A program made the translations under genes and the position numbers. A stretch of DNA of 64,000 bases from Octopus vulgaris (taxonomy: Eukaryota), in assembly GCA_951406725.2 (NCBI GenBank), contig OX597835.1:6386001-6450000 (forward strand). Direction: 5' to 3'. This document shows positions 12,963 through 27,763 of the stretch, piece by piece. Positions within the stretch are counted from its first letter, which is position 1. Each line of letters opens with the position of its first letter. Under the pieces are notes generated by a model. It did no database searches. It had not been told where the DNA came from and saw nothing but the letters and a program-made list of their open reading frames with translations.

Positions 12963-15625
12963 CGACGGGCTTTTTTCAGTTTCCGTCTACCAAATCCACT
13001 CACAAGGCTTTGGTCGGCCCGAAGCTATGGTAGAAGACACTTGCCCAAGGTGTCACGCAGTGGGACTGAACCCGGAACCATGTGGTTCATAAGCAAGCTA
13101 CTTAGCACACAGCCACTCCTACGCCTATTATGTCTGTTTTTCCATGCAAACATGTGTTAGATAATAAATATAATATTGAGGCACAGGACGTGCTTCCTGT
13201 TACAAACCCTGCGCTGTTTTCAAATAGCAGATCTCCTGTTGCATGTCTTCAAAAGCACTGAACCAATGAAGGATTTGTTGACAGGGGAAATGTCAACAAA
13301 CGTCACCTCCTCTTGTAGCTTGGTGTTTTTTCACACGAAGCATGCTGAATGTAAACGTTTGTGCCTCCATACATTCACACACACATTCATACGCATGTAT
13401 GTATATACGTATGTACATACATATATACATACATGGCATGGTTGTATGGTTAAGAAGTTTGCTTCTTGGTTCAATTCCACTGCATGGCACCTTAGGCAAG
13501 TGTCTTTTACTATAGCCCCAGGTTAACCAAAGCTTTGCAAGAGGCTATGGTTGGTGGAAACTGAAAGAAGCCCATCGTATATATGTGTGACTTGGTGTCT
13601 CTTTATCTTTACATCATGTGATTGTTGTAAATGAGCATCACCGTCATACAGGCGGTGTCCTTTGTTTTCAAATCTTTTGTGAGAAATTGTCCAACCATGG
13701 GGAAATACTACTTCAATGGAAACGGGTGAGGGTTTTTGACAGGAAGGACATCCAGCTGTAGAAAACCTGCCTTATCAAATTCCGAATTCCATACAAGCAG
13801 GGAAAAAGTGGACATTGAAAACAATGATGATGATAATGATTGATGTATAGACACGTGTGTGTATGTATACATACTTTGAAATGTTGTATATTACAAATTC
13901 GGTCATATTGCAAGTGATAGGTGGTGTGTTTGTGTAAGAGGAAGTGATGACTGACAGGTAGAGCTTGTGGAGAAGATGAGGTTGAGGAAGAAGGAGGAGG
14001 GAGAAAGGGAGAGAGACATGGCTGTTAAGACAATGATGTTGGCAGTGGTGATTGTTTTGATGATGATGATGATGATAATGTTGTTTTTTCTCCTCCAACA
14101 GCTTCACATTCTTGGATTCACAGTCCATTCTGTTCTCAATGCAATGGTGGGACAGTTAAAAGCCGGAGATTTGAACCCTTGTTGTAAGAGTTTAATTGAA
14201 GTGAGTATTATTATTATTACTACTACTACTACTACTTTGACTTTCATTCTTTTGGGTTTGATAAAATAAATACCAGTCAGATACTGGAGGTAAACCATCT
14301 TCACAGAATTTCAGGACTTGTGTCTGTAGTAGAAAGAGTTGTTGTTGTTCTTGTTACCACCACCACCATCACCACCACTACTGTCCATTATACCTGTTTC
14401 TTTACTACCCACAAGGGGCTACACACAGAGGGGACAGACAAACGGATTAAGTCGATTACTTTGACCCCAGTGCGTAACTGGTACTTATTTAATCGACCCT
14501 GAAAGGATGAAAGGCAAAGTTGACCTCGGCGGAATTTGATGGACAAACGGATTATGTCGATTATATTGACCCCAATGCGTAACTGCTACTTATTTAATCG
14601 ACACCGAAAGGATGAAAGGCAAAGTTGACCTCGGCGGAATTTGAACTCAGAACGTAGCGGCAGACGAAATACTGCTAAGCATTTCGCCCTGGTGTGCTAA
14701 CGTTTCTGCCAGCTCACTGCCCGATCCATTATACAGTCAAATGAAATGTCTTGTGGTAATTGTTTCTGGATATTTGTTATCTGGGTTTGGCTGGGGTTTG
14801 CTCCCCAACTTCATGGTAAGCAAAAAAGGGGTCCATCATATTTCTGCTTTCAAATAAAAAAAATAATAAAAAAAAGTTTTGTCCGAGATAATGTAATTTT
14901 ATTTTCTCATTACATTCTGTCAAGATTTTTAATGAAGACATCTTTGGAATGGTTGCTGAAGAGAAAACGGTCGATGCCATCACGTCCAACTTTATAGAAG
15001 CTCAGACCTGTAAAAGCGTTTACTCATACGGATTCCTGGCCAGATTCATCACCAAAAGTCATGTTACTCAGTTGATTGCTCCTCTCAAAGACGTAAGTCT
15101 GATTATTATATTTCTACAATGTGGCCTGTGAGGGTGGGGCAAAAATATTACCTTGTGATGGGTTTTTTTTAATGGGTATTTTGATTTCATAATTTGTTGG
15201 GTTTTTTAACCCTTCTGTTGCCATGTTTCTGTTGAACTACAGACCTTTTGGTCTGTGGGGTACTTTGCCTAAGTGTCTAAGATCCCACTGTGTCTTCTGG
15301 TGACCTGCTGTGCTTGAAGAGACCTATTGAGTCAAGTACATCAACATCAAAATAAAAATCAAATGGAAATTGTAGTTGTGATCCCTGTGCCGGTGGCACG
15401 TAAAAAGCACCATCCAAATGTGGCCGATGCCAGCACCGCCTTGACTGGCTTCCGTGCTGGTGGCACGTAAAAAGCACCCACTACACTCACGGAGTGGTTG
15501 GCATAAGGAAGAGCATCCAGCTGTAGAAACACTGCCAGATCAAATTGGAGCCTGGTGCAGCCTCTTGGCTTCCCAGACCCCGGTCAAACCGTCCAACCCA
15601 TGCTAGCATGGAAAACGGATGTTAA

Positions 15626-15659
<34 letters not shown>

Positions 15660-18600
15660 GACAGTATTGCAACCTTCACTTCTCTTTCTTCATTTCTCTT
15701 TCAGATCCTCGACAGTAGTTCCAACCAAAATACCATTAAGAAAGTCGGCAATATTCTCCAGAAGATTCTTGCTGGTCTTTTACTAAACCGTGACTTTGAA
15801 ACCAAAGACCTCTTAGTCTTTGTTCACAGTTTGGTCCTTCAAACTCTGCCATTACTAGCAAAAGACAAACAGTAGGTGGACGTTTTATTTGTACTTTAAA
15901 CCTCTTGCTGTTTTTTTTTGTTGTTGTTGTATGTTTGAAGGATAGAGGGTCTGTATATGGTGAGGGCAGAGCGCTTGTATGAGAGGAGGATAATCTGTTG
16001 ATTGTAAGAAATAAACGGCAGTTAATCCAATTGTATCAGATTAAGAATAGCAAATGAAATCAGCCATGAAAATAGGTGGAATTTGGTGCAAATTAGGTTT
16101 GAAATTATGTATCAGATTAATTGTTGATGATGCCAACCATTTGTAGAATTCTCTCTAATTTGTGATGTTTTTTCCTACTTGAGGTGCGTGGCTTAATGGT
16201 TAAGGTGTCAGCACCATGATCGTAAGATTGTGGTTTCGATTCCTGGACTGGGTGACGCATTGTGTTCTTGAGCAAAACACTTCATTTCACGTTGCTCCAG
16301 TCCACTCAGCTGGCAAAAATGAGTAACGCTGCGATGGACTGGCATCCCATCCAGCTGGGGAACACATACGACATTGAAACCGGGAAATCGGGCCCATGAG
16401 CCTGGTTAGGCTTTAAAAGGGCGCATCTATTTTTGTTGTGGTGCACCTGAGCACTGTATACAATAATTTCATTATTATTATTATTATTATTATTTGAAAT
16501 TGTTTAATTCTAGGGAGAAAAATAAGAAAAAAGATGAACCTGGTTTGAGACCAGAAAGTTGTTTAATTATACCGAAAGCGCCGAGACGTGATGAGAAAAA
16601 GGCAAAACTCATGAAGAAAACCAACTTCCATGTTTTGGCTGAATTTGGTCTTCAGGTGAGTTGACCCCTGTTGTTGCTCTTGGATTATAATTATGCATTT
16701 GTTTTACCTGCTAATTAACCGTTTAACATTCTGATTATTCTGCCAAATGTTTATTGCTTATTTAATCACGTAATTTTCAATTAATTATGCCTTATCTCGT
16801 AGCTTTGAGATCTCAACGATGTGATTGTATATTTCTGGAATGACATTGTAGGGTAGGTGGGAGAGGTCAAATCTGTCCAGTTTGAACATAAAACAGGTAA
16901 ACTCTTTGGGTTGAATGTGGCCGATTTAAACAGTAAAAGGTTTAATGTTTGTTGTGTCTATTGCTTAAGGAAGACACCCTGTTCACTGGGTAAATATATC
17001 TTCTGTTCCTTTAGTTTGTTCCTTCTCTGTGTCACCCATCACTCCTCTCTTACCATTACGAACATTCATTCACAGAACTGTAGTACTCTCGACCCCAGCC
17101 TTGCTCCCATCTTTTATTAATCTGCTTCAACTATTGGCCTTTAACCTTCTTGATACAAGTCCACCCAAGACTACTTCTGGTTTAATGATGCAATCTTCCT
17201 GTTTTAAAGTGATCAAAAGTTTTAAAAAAAACCTCTTCAGCTCTCTCTTTACTCTTTACTCGTTTACTTGTTTCAGTCATTTCACAGTGGCCATGCTGGA
17301 GCACTACCTTTAGTTGAGCAAATTGACCTCACGACTTATTCTTTGTAAACCTAGTGCTTATTCTATCAGGCTCTTTTGCCGAACTGCTAAGTTACGGGGA
17401 TGCAAGCACACCACCAATGGTTGTCAAGCGATGTTGGGGGGACAAACACAGACACACAAACATACACACTCACACACACACATATATGATGGGCTTCTTT
17501 GAGTTTCCATCTATCAGATCCACTCACAAGGCTTTAGTCGGCCTAAGGCTATAGTAGAAGACACTTGCCCAAGGTACAACGCAGTGGGACTGAACCTGGA
17601 ACCATGTGGTTCGTAAGCAAGCTACTTACCACACAGCCACTCCTAAGTTAATTTATGTTCCAAACACTTGCTTAATAATTGTTAATTAAGTGTTTGGGGC
17701 ATAAATTAACTTTAAATTTTGACTTCTAATTATTAATAGCTAGCTTAAAAGCCAGACTTTTAAGCTAGCTCCTGTGGAGAGCTAATTGGACCTGCACCCC
17801 AAAACGAAAAAGGGCTATAATACATCTATAATGACTATATGCCCTGGTGGTGTTTGATCAGAGGTTAAGTACAGATGAGAACTAATTCTGAAATGCAATC
17901 ATTCTATTGTTCCAGTCTCAAGTTGAATTCCAACTGTTGGCCAATTTGTTCCAAAGTTCTTATCTCAATGTAAAATTAACAAAGTGAATGTCATTTATCT
18001 CCCCTTTGAGATCTCTGATGTCATCTGTGAAACACCAACCAAGATGGTGTGAGTCAGCTAAGCTTTACCTGCTAGAAATAGCAACCCAAATGCTTTTAAC
18101 CCTTTAGTGTTCACATTATTCTGCCAAAATTAATGCTTTTTTATCCACATTGTTTTGAACTAATCATGCATTATCTTGTAGCGATGAGATTTTGATGAGG
18201 TAGCTGTTAATTTTTAAGATGATATTGTAGGGTTGGTGTGAGAGACCAGATCTGGCCAGTTTGAACATAAAACAGGCAGAATACTTTCGGCCGGATATGG
18301 CCGGTTTAAATGCTAAATGGTTAAATCATTTCCCAATGCTGGATGTTCAAGAACCAAACGAAGGACAAATTTTCAATCCTGGTATCATCCTGATTCTACA
18401 AAAAAAGGATAATATGTCTATTTGGAGCAAATGTAGACTCCAAATTGTCTCCCTTTTCCTTCTCAATATGAATTATCATTAACAATAATGAATTGTTCTT
18501 TTTATTACAAGTGTAGCTATAATTATCATTACAGACTCAGTGTTAAATTTTATTACAGCCATAATCATAATTATCGTTTAGATGTAATTATTGCTATCAT

Positions 18601-19897
18601 TATACTCTTTTACTCTCTTTTACTTGTTTTAGTCATTTGACTGCGGCCATGCTGGAGCACCGCCTTTAGTCGAGCAAATCGACCCCGGGACTTATTCTTT
18701 GTAAGCCCAGTACTTATTCTATCGGTCTCTTTTTGCCGAACCGCTAAGTGACGGGGACGTAAACACACCAGCATCGGTTGTCAAGCAATGCTAGGGGGAC
18801 AAACACACACACATATATATATATACATATATACGACAGGCTTCTTTCAGTTTCCGCCTACCAAATCCACTCACAAGGCATTGGTCGGCCTGGGGCTATA
18901 GCAGAAGACACTTGCCCAAGGTGCCACGCAGTGGGACTGAACCCGGAACCATGTGGTTGGTTAGCAAGCTACTTACCACACAGCCACGAGTATAATTACA
19001 ATTATCATTACAGGTGCAATATTAAATTTAGTTATATTTTTTTGTGTTTTTTATCACTGTACATCTATAAGAGACACTGTCTCTAGACAAATACCTCATT
19101 TAAATAGGGTTTCCATGATGCATCTACTTTAAGTATTATCAACAGATTGCTATTTAAATGTATAATTGTTTATTTTCATTCTTTGTTGGTTATTCATCTC
19201 TGATATTTACCATTTTTATATAACTTTTCAGCTCCTGTATTTCACATTTAAAAAGTCCCGATTAAAATCCACCGAGCAAGGACACTTAGAATTATTGGAT
19301 CCGTTCACTGGCATTCTGATTGATTCCATAGAATCGAAGCATCTTCCGATGGTGATCTTCTCACTGAAATCTCTGAATATCATGATGAAATATCCGCTGC
19401 CTTCCATTCAAAAGAACATCACGCTCCTCGCCAACCACTTGTTTTCTCTGCTGAACAGTTATGGGTCTTCCGGTGCCGCTCGGGGGAAAAACGGTGAACT
19501 GATTTCAGTCATTTTTAAGGTATACACACCATTATCCACTTTGTTATCATCATCATCAGCATTATCATCACCTCCATCCTCTCCTCCTTCTCATCCTTCT
19601 CTTCCTCTTTCTTTTCCTCCTCCTCTTGCTGCTTCTTCCTCTTTTCTACTTCTATCTCCTCCTGTCGCTTCTTCTTTTCTTCCCCCTCCTCCTCCTCCTG
19701 CTTCTTCCCTCTCCCTGCCTCCTCCTTTTTCTTCTTCCTTTTCTTGTCAATAAATTAAGTACCAGTAAAACACTGGGGTTGATGTAATTGACTTAGCCTC
19801 AAATTTCAGGCTTTGCGCCTATAATAGAAAGGATTGTTGTTGTTGTTGTTGTTATTATTATTGTTATCATCTTCGTCGTCATCATCACCACCACCAC

Positions 19898-19939
<42 letters not shown>

Positions 19940-21566
19940 CATCGTCATCATCATCACCACCACCATTATTATTATTGTTATTATTATTATTATTCTTTGT
20001 GACATCTCCTTTTAGTGAACTCTTCTATCAATCCTGTCTTGGAATTCTTTCAACCAGTCATTTTCCTGTCTGCTGCCAAACACTGACATCCCACCCCTAC
20101 TCCACAGACATCAACCTGTCTCCACCCCCCAACCCCCTCAGTTAACTTCCTAATGGACTCTTCCTTTCACCTGTCATCTCGTCTTTGTTTCCGTGTTCTG
20201 CAGTCAATCACAATCCTGGTGCGAGAGATTCACATCTACCAACTTCGGCAGGACCAGTTGAAGGTTTTATTGATATACTGTGAGGAAGACATCATGGACT
20301 ACACACGGCAGGCCTGTGCGTTCAACTTGATCAAGGTGAGAGGTCAAGAAAGGATTTGATTCAACGACTCTTTGGCCGGGCATTAATTACTTGCAATGTT
20401 TACCAGATTTGGCCCTTTCGTTCCCATATTTCTGTTGAAATACTTTACCATTCCTTAAATATTAATCTTGGAAATATTAAAGAATTTTGTAAAAAAAACC
20501 TTTGTTGTGATGAAGCTTATGCTCAGAAACTAAATTAACAGGAAAATTTGAAGGAAGGCTTTAATTTAGATCACTTTAACCCTTTAGTTACCCTATTACT
20601 GTTGAAGAACACTGTTTGTTTGAATTAGTTTTGAAATAATAAAGAATTTAATGAAATATCTGTCTTTATTTAAGCTGATGTTTGGAACATAAATTAACAT
20701 AAAATTTTGATTTAACATAAGATTTTATAATTAACATAAATTAACATAAAATTTTGATTTAACATAAGATTTTATAATTAACATAAATTAACATAAGATT
20801 TTAATTTAGATCACTTTAACCCTTTAGTTACCCTATTACTGTTGAAAAACACTGTTTGTTTGAATTAGTTTTGAAATAATAAAGAATTTAGTGAAATAAC
20901 TGTCTTTATTTAAGCTGATATTTGGAACATAAATTAACATAAGATTTTATAATTAACATAAATTAACATAAGATTTTAATTTAGATCACTTTAACCCTTT
21001 AGTTACCCTATTACTGTTGAAAAACACTGTTTGTTTGAATTAGTTTTGAAATGATAAAGAATTTAGTGAAATAACTGTCTTTATTTAAGCTAATGTTTGG
21101 AACATAAATTAACATAAGATTTTATAATTAACATAAATTAACATAAGATTTTAATTTAGATCACTTTAATCCTTTAGATACCATACTTCTGTTAAAGTAT
21201 GCCAACCATGTTTTAGTTAATTTTGGAAATAATTAAGAATTTAGTAAAATATTTTTGTCATTATTTAGCTGATGTTTGAAACGTGAATTAACCTGGGATG
21301 TTGAAAGAAGATTTTAATTTAGCTCTTGTTAAAGTATTAAGTTTGTATCATGGAACCAACTACAGTTTTGGACAGTTTGGTATTGAAAATGTTAACGATA
21401 AGAAAATATATTCATATCTGTATATATTTATTTATTTTTGCAGGCAATTCTTCACCGTAAAATTGTGGATGACAATATCGTTGAATTGATATCGCATATT
21501 GAGAAGTTGGCGTTCACATCTGAGATCCCATATGTCCAGAAACAATCCCGTGATGTATGTTCAAGC

Positions 21567-21603
<37 letters not shown>

Positions 21604-23710
21604 TCTTTACTCTTTTACTTGTTTCAGTCATTTGACTGCGGCCATGCTGGAGCACCGCCTTTAATCGGGCAACTCGACCCCGGGACTTATTCTTTTTGTA
21701 AGCCCAGTACTTATTCTATCGGTCTCTTTTGCCGAACCGCTAAGTAACGGGGACATAAACACACCAGCATCGGTTGTCTAGCAATGTTGGGGGGACAAAC
21801 ACAGACACACACACACATGCATATATGTATATATATATATATATATATACGACGGGCTTCTTTTCAGTTTCCGTCTACCAAATCCACTCACAAGGCTTTG
21901 GTCGGCCCGAGGCTATAGTAGAAGACACTTGCTCAAGGTGCTACGCAGTGGGACTGAACCCGGAAGCATGTGGTTGGTAAACAAGCTACTTACCACACAG
22001 CCGCCATCATCATCATCCTTATCATCATCATCATCGTCATTATTAAGGTTATGGGCTGGCAGATTTATTAGCATGCTGAATGAAATGCTTAGCGGTATTT
22101 TGTCTGCTGCTATGATCTGAGTTTAAATTCCGTCAAGGTTGACTTTGCCTACATCCTTTCAAGGTCGATAAATTAAGTACTAGTGAAACACTGAGGTTGA
22201 TGTATTCGACTAGTTCCTCACCCCCAAATTTCAGGCCTTGTGCCTTTTGTAGAAATTATTATTATTATTATTATTATCATTTATTATTTATTATTATTTA
22301 TTATCAATATTATTATTATTATTATTTATTATTATTATTTATCATTATTATTATTCATCATCATCATCATCATCGTTTAACGTCCGCTTTCCATGCTAGC
22401 ATGGGTTGGACGGTTCAACTGGGGTCTGGGAAGCCCGAAGGCTGCACCAGGCCAGTCAGATGTGGCAGTGTTTCTACAGCTGGATGCCCTTCCTAACGCC
22501 AACCACTCCGAGAGTGTAGTGGGTGATTTTATGTGCCACCGACACAGGTGCCAGACGAGGCTGGCAGACGGCCACGCTCGGATGGTGTTTTTTATGTGCC
22601 ACCGACACAGGTGCCAGACGAGGCTGGCAGACGGCCACGCTCGGATGGTGTTTTCTTATGTGTCACCGACACAGGTGCCAGACGAGGCTGGCGGACGGCC
22701 AATTATTTATTATTATTATTATTATTATTTATCATTATTATTATTATTATTATTTATTATTATTATTATTACTATTATTATTATTATTCATTATTATTAT
22801 TATTATTATTATTATTAAGGTGGTGAGCTGGCAGAATCGGTAGCATGCTGGGTGTTTTGTCTGTCGCTATGTGCTGAGTTCAAATTCTGCTGAGGTTGAC
22901 TTTGTGTTTCATCCTTTCAGAGGTGATTAAATAAGTACCAGTTATGCACTGGGGTCGATGTAATTGACTTAATCTCTTCTCCCAAATTTGAGGGCCTTGT
23001 GCTTCCAGTAGAAAGAATTACTACTACTACTGCTGCTGCTGCTGCTACTACTACTATTACTACTACTACTGCTACTAGTACTACAACTACATATACATTT
23101 ATTGATTATCTTGTGTATGGGTGGTATGATACTGGAGGGGTGGGTGTTCTGTAATAAATGTAAGTGTATATATGTGTAAAGAGGTGAGACATATATATGG
23201 CAGTTATGGTACCCTCTAAAGAATTCCTTGCAATGATATTCTATGTCTTGTGTTCCCTATGTTGTCCATGCATCTCACTTTGTCCTTTTCATCTCTTCCA
23301 GGTTATTCTTCGTTTCATTTTTGACTACCCCCTTGGCAAAAAACTCTACGAGCATCTGGAATTGATCTTTCAACAGCTAAACTACACCCAGGAGTCAGGG
23401 CGCCAGTCTGCCATCACCCTCCTCACAGCTATCATTCAGAAATATCCCATCGTAAGTAAAGAGAAAAACAACATTCCTATTTTATTTCTGTTTCAGCTGA
23501 ATACTCTATACCTGTTGTTCTCTTTACTCTTTTACTTGTTTCAGTCATTTGACTGCGGCCATGCTGGAGCATCGCCTTTAGTCGAGCAAATTGACCCCGG
23601 GACTTATTCTTTGTAAGCCCAGTACTTATTCTATCGGTCACTTTTGCCGAACCGCTAAGTGACGGAGACGTAAACACACCAGCATCAGTTGTCAAGCAAT
23701 GCTACGGGGA

Positions 23711-23758
<48 letters not shown>

Positions 23759-24530
23759 CATATACATACATATATATGACAGGCTTCTTTCAGTTTCCGT
23801 CTACCAAATCCACTCACAAGGCATTGGTCGGCCCGGGGCTATAACAGAAGACACTTGCCCAAGATGCCATGCAGTGGGACTGAACCCGGAACCATGTGGT
23901 TGGTTAGCAAGCTACTTACCACACAGCCACTCCTGCGCCTATATCACTTTTTTTTACCTATAAACCCCTTTGATTTCTATTTTACTCTGGTGGACTGCCA
24001 TAAACATTTGATGTTCGACCCTTTAGCATTCAGATTACTTTATCAAAAGTGCTGGCGGCACATAAAAAGCACCATCCGAACGTGGCCGATGTCAGCACCG
24101 CCTTGGCTGGCTTCCGTGCCGGTGGCACGTTAAAAGCACCAACCGATCATGGCCGATGCCGGTCTCCCCTGGCACCTGTGCAGGTGGCACGTAAAAAGCA
24201 CCCACTACACTCGCGGAGTGGTTGGCGTTAGGAAGGGCATCCAGCTGTAGAAACACTGAGAGATCAGACTGGAGCCTGGTGCAGCCCCTGGCTTCCCAGA
24301 CCCCAGTCGAACCGTCCAACCCATGCTAGCACGGAAAACGGACGTTAAACGATGATGATGAATGCTTATTTATTCATGCTGTGTGGTAAGTAACTTGCTT
24401 CCCAACTACATGGTTCTGGGTTCAGTCCCACTGTGTGGCACCTTGGGCAAGTGTCTTCTACTATAGCCTCGGGCCAACCAAAGCCTTGTCAGTGGATTTG
24501 GTAAACGTAAACTGAAAAAAGCCTGTTGTG

Positions 24531-24561
<31 letters not shown>

Positions 24562-27500
24562 TTGAGTGTCTGTGTTTGTACCCACCAGCATTGCTTGACA
24601 ACCGATGCTAGTGTGTTTATGTCCCCGTAACTTAGCAGTTCGGTAAAGAGACCGATAGAATAAGTACTAGGCTTACAAAGAATAGGTTCTGGGTTTGCTT
24701 TGTTCAACTAAAGGCGGTGCTCCAGCATTGCTGCTGTCAAATGAATGAAACAAATAAAAGAATATCTTGTAGCTTCAAGATTCTGATGATGTGGTAGTTT
24801 ATTTTAGTTTGACATTGTAGGATAGGTGGGAGAGGCCAGATTTGGTCAGTTTAAACATGTTGTGGAAGGTACTATTTTGCTTGCGCAGGCCCCTAAAATC
24901 TTATGTGGACCCCTAGGGAGCTGTATGGACCCTGGTTAAAAACCACTGCTCTATACCGTTGGTTCAGGCAGAAGAGAAAGGGAAATACCTGTAACCCTTT
25001 TTTAGTGCCTGTGAGACTTGTGGAAAGGAAGGTGGAGATCTGGCTTCGATGTTTGCCACTGGGTGGGGGCCAGTAAATGCACCCAGGGACCAGGTTGTGT
25101 TGAGGATAGACACTGGAGATGTGCAAAGGCTGTCTACCATCCAAGTACAGAAACAGTCCCCGTGAGAAGGCTTCCACTTAGTTTCCACTCACAAGGTACA
25201 GGTTGGCTTGAGACTCTTGTCGAAGACACACTTGCTCATGGTTCTGTGCATTGAGCTGGAACCTAAAACCACATGGCTGATTAGCCAACTTCTTAACCAC
25301 GCAGCCATGCTTTGCTTCACTTGTTTCATGCTCTTGTTTGATGGGGCTGGGGGTCATCTCAGGTAACTGCTCCCTCCTTCCTCTCCCTCAGTTATACCAA
25401 TAACGGCCCCTTTCCTGTTCCCTTATAATTTCTTCAGACCAGTTAATAACGGTAAACGCTTTTGTTGTTGTTGTCTTTTCAGGAGAATCTCAACAGAGAT
25501 GCTAGTCTGTTTTTCTTTCCATTATGTACGTCTTTGGTGAATGATGACTCAGCGAAATGTCGCAAAAGCATTGCAGCAATGCTCAAGACCCTTCTTCAGC
25601 GGGTAACAAGTGATTTCCCATTTTGTGTTGTTGTTGTTGTTGATTTATCTCCCTTGTTTTACTGAATCACAGCCTCTTGATCATTTCCTCTCTACTGTAC
25701 TCAATAATCTCATGTCATCACAGTCACTATAATGTACTTCTTGTCCACAATCACTAATGTACTCACTGACTTTCTTTGACCATGTCCACTATAATGTACT
25801 TGCTGGTGTTACTGTAATATACTCAGTGACCTCCCTTAGCCATGTCCACTATAACTTACTCAATAACCTCCGTTGACCGTATCCACTAAAATGTACTCAC
25901 TGACTTCACTAAAATGTACTTAATCTTATGTAAGATCCAGATGTTACGGTTGATAATACACTGGGCTACCGTCCAAGAGACAGCTGGTTCATATCTTACC
26001 ACAGACACAGACGGGCTATTCATGGTACTGACAAATCAATCATGAAAGGCCACAGTCCATCTGTCTGTAAATAGGTACCATCACAAAAGTCCAGCTCATT
26101 GCTGTAGGACAAAAGGAACCCTGGAGATGTAATGAACGATTACAAGCTGCTTGTATGTTGAGTTCAGTTCCACCAAAGGGATTCAAGAAAGCTTTGGGAA
26201 CATGTTGGAATATGTAAGACCAGGCTATAAATAAATGCCACATGGTGAGAAGAGCTGGCCATTGGAAACAGTGGTGGCAAAAATATGGTTTTTGAAGTGG
26301 TTCAAAAAGTAGTTTGCATGCACACACACGCACACAGGAAAATGTGATTAAAAATCCAGGTGAATCCTTTTTAAGCATTCTGTAGGAGTCAAACTTGGCC
26401 AACCAAATTGACCGGTGAAAGTCACTGTAGTTCATGTGGTCAGTAAATTTACATTCCACTGCTTTCCAATTTGTAAAAAAGTTCCTATGCTAAATAAATT
26501 CAATATAAGGTCACAGAATATAGTAGAAAAACACAAAAGAATGGAGAGTTGTGCATTTTTAATCTGCTTACACACGTTTTGGATACATTGGTATTACATA
26601 ATCCCATGATTTATTAATATACATGTTTAATAAATCATGAAATTATATCACTATATCTGAAACGTATGTAAGTTGATTAAAAATGTATAACTCTCCATTC
26701 TTTTGTGTTTATATATCATATATATATATATATGTGTGGAGGCGCAATGGCCCAGTGGTTAGGGCAGCGGACTCGCGGTTGTAGGATCGCGGTTGCGATT
26801 CCCAGACCGGGCGTTGTGAGTGTTTATTGAGCGAAAACACCTAAAAGCTCCACAAAGCTCCGGCAGGGGGTGGTGATCCCTGCTGTACTCTTTCACCACT
26901 CTTTCTCCCACTCTTTCTTCTGTGGGCCTGCTCACTTAGCCAATCATTCGAAGGCTAAAACAATGCGAACGCATTGTGACCAGCGATGTGTAACTACGTC
27001 TGATGGACTGGTCGGTCATGTGATCACATGATATATATATATATATATATATATAGTGGTTTTCCCTTACAACTCAAGTTTCTCATGTATGTGAATAGCT
27101 ACAAACAACTATCAAGATGTGAAAAAGTGAGGTACCTTTTGACAAGTTACCTGAAGAAACACATCTGCACCAAATGATGCACCACAACTGCTTGTACAGC
27201 ATCTCACCTGCAAGGGACTGATACACGATAAGTGAAAATGAGAATCTTGTGAATTCCATTTTTTCTTTGTCTCTCATATGTTATTTATATGGGATTTGAT
27301 AAACTAGTCTATAAATTAAAACTGACCCCATAAAAACAAAAAAAAAATCAGTGACAGGCAGAGTCTGTAACACTGTATATCTTCTTGAAAAATTCAGTAA
27401 CTTCTAAACTGGAGTTGGGATAGCGTGTTCTTTGTCTATCTCCTTAACTTCTTGGAGATTTTAGGTATAATTAAACTAATGTGTCCATCTGTTCTAATTT

Positions 27501-27715
27501 AATTAAATTCTGTGTCTTTTGTGCAGCTGAAGATTGCTCTACATTTTAAATTGATGTAATGATTGCATTGTTCGATTAAAGGGAGTACTGCATTACCTCT
27601 GGATATCATTGTTGCTTATTTTGATTTTATATATATATATCATCATCATCATCGTTTAACGTCTATTGATGATGATGATGATGATATATATATATAAAAT
27701 CAAAATAAGCAACAA

Positions 27716-27763
<48 letters not shown>

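Noticed and set aside
20576-21330. CRISPR-like or other prokaryotic repeat array
   Set aside because: Units are long, with no unique spacers and no cas genes; the context is eukaryotic and intronic
25930-26460. 139-aa minus-strand ORF in non-repetitive intronic sequence
   Set aside because: No recognisable motif or exon boundaries; probably an old transposon remnant
27148-27210. Possible nested antisense exon (cttgcag|...cag|gtaact)
   Set aside because: No partner exons and no recognisable peptide
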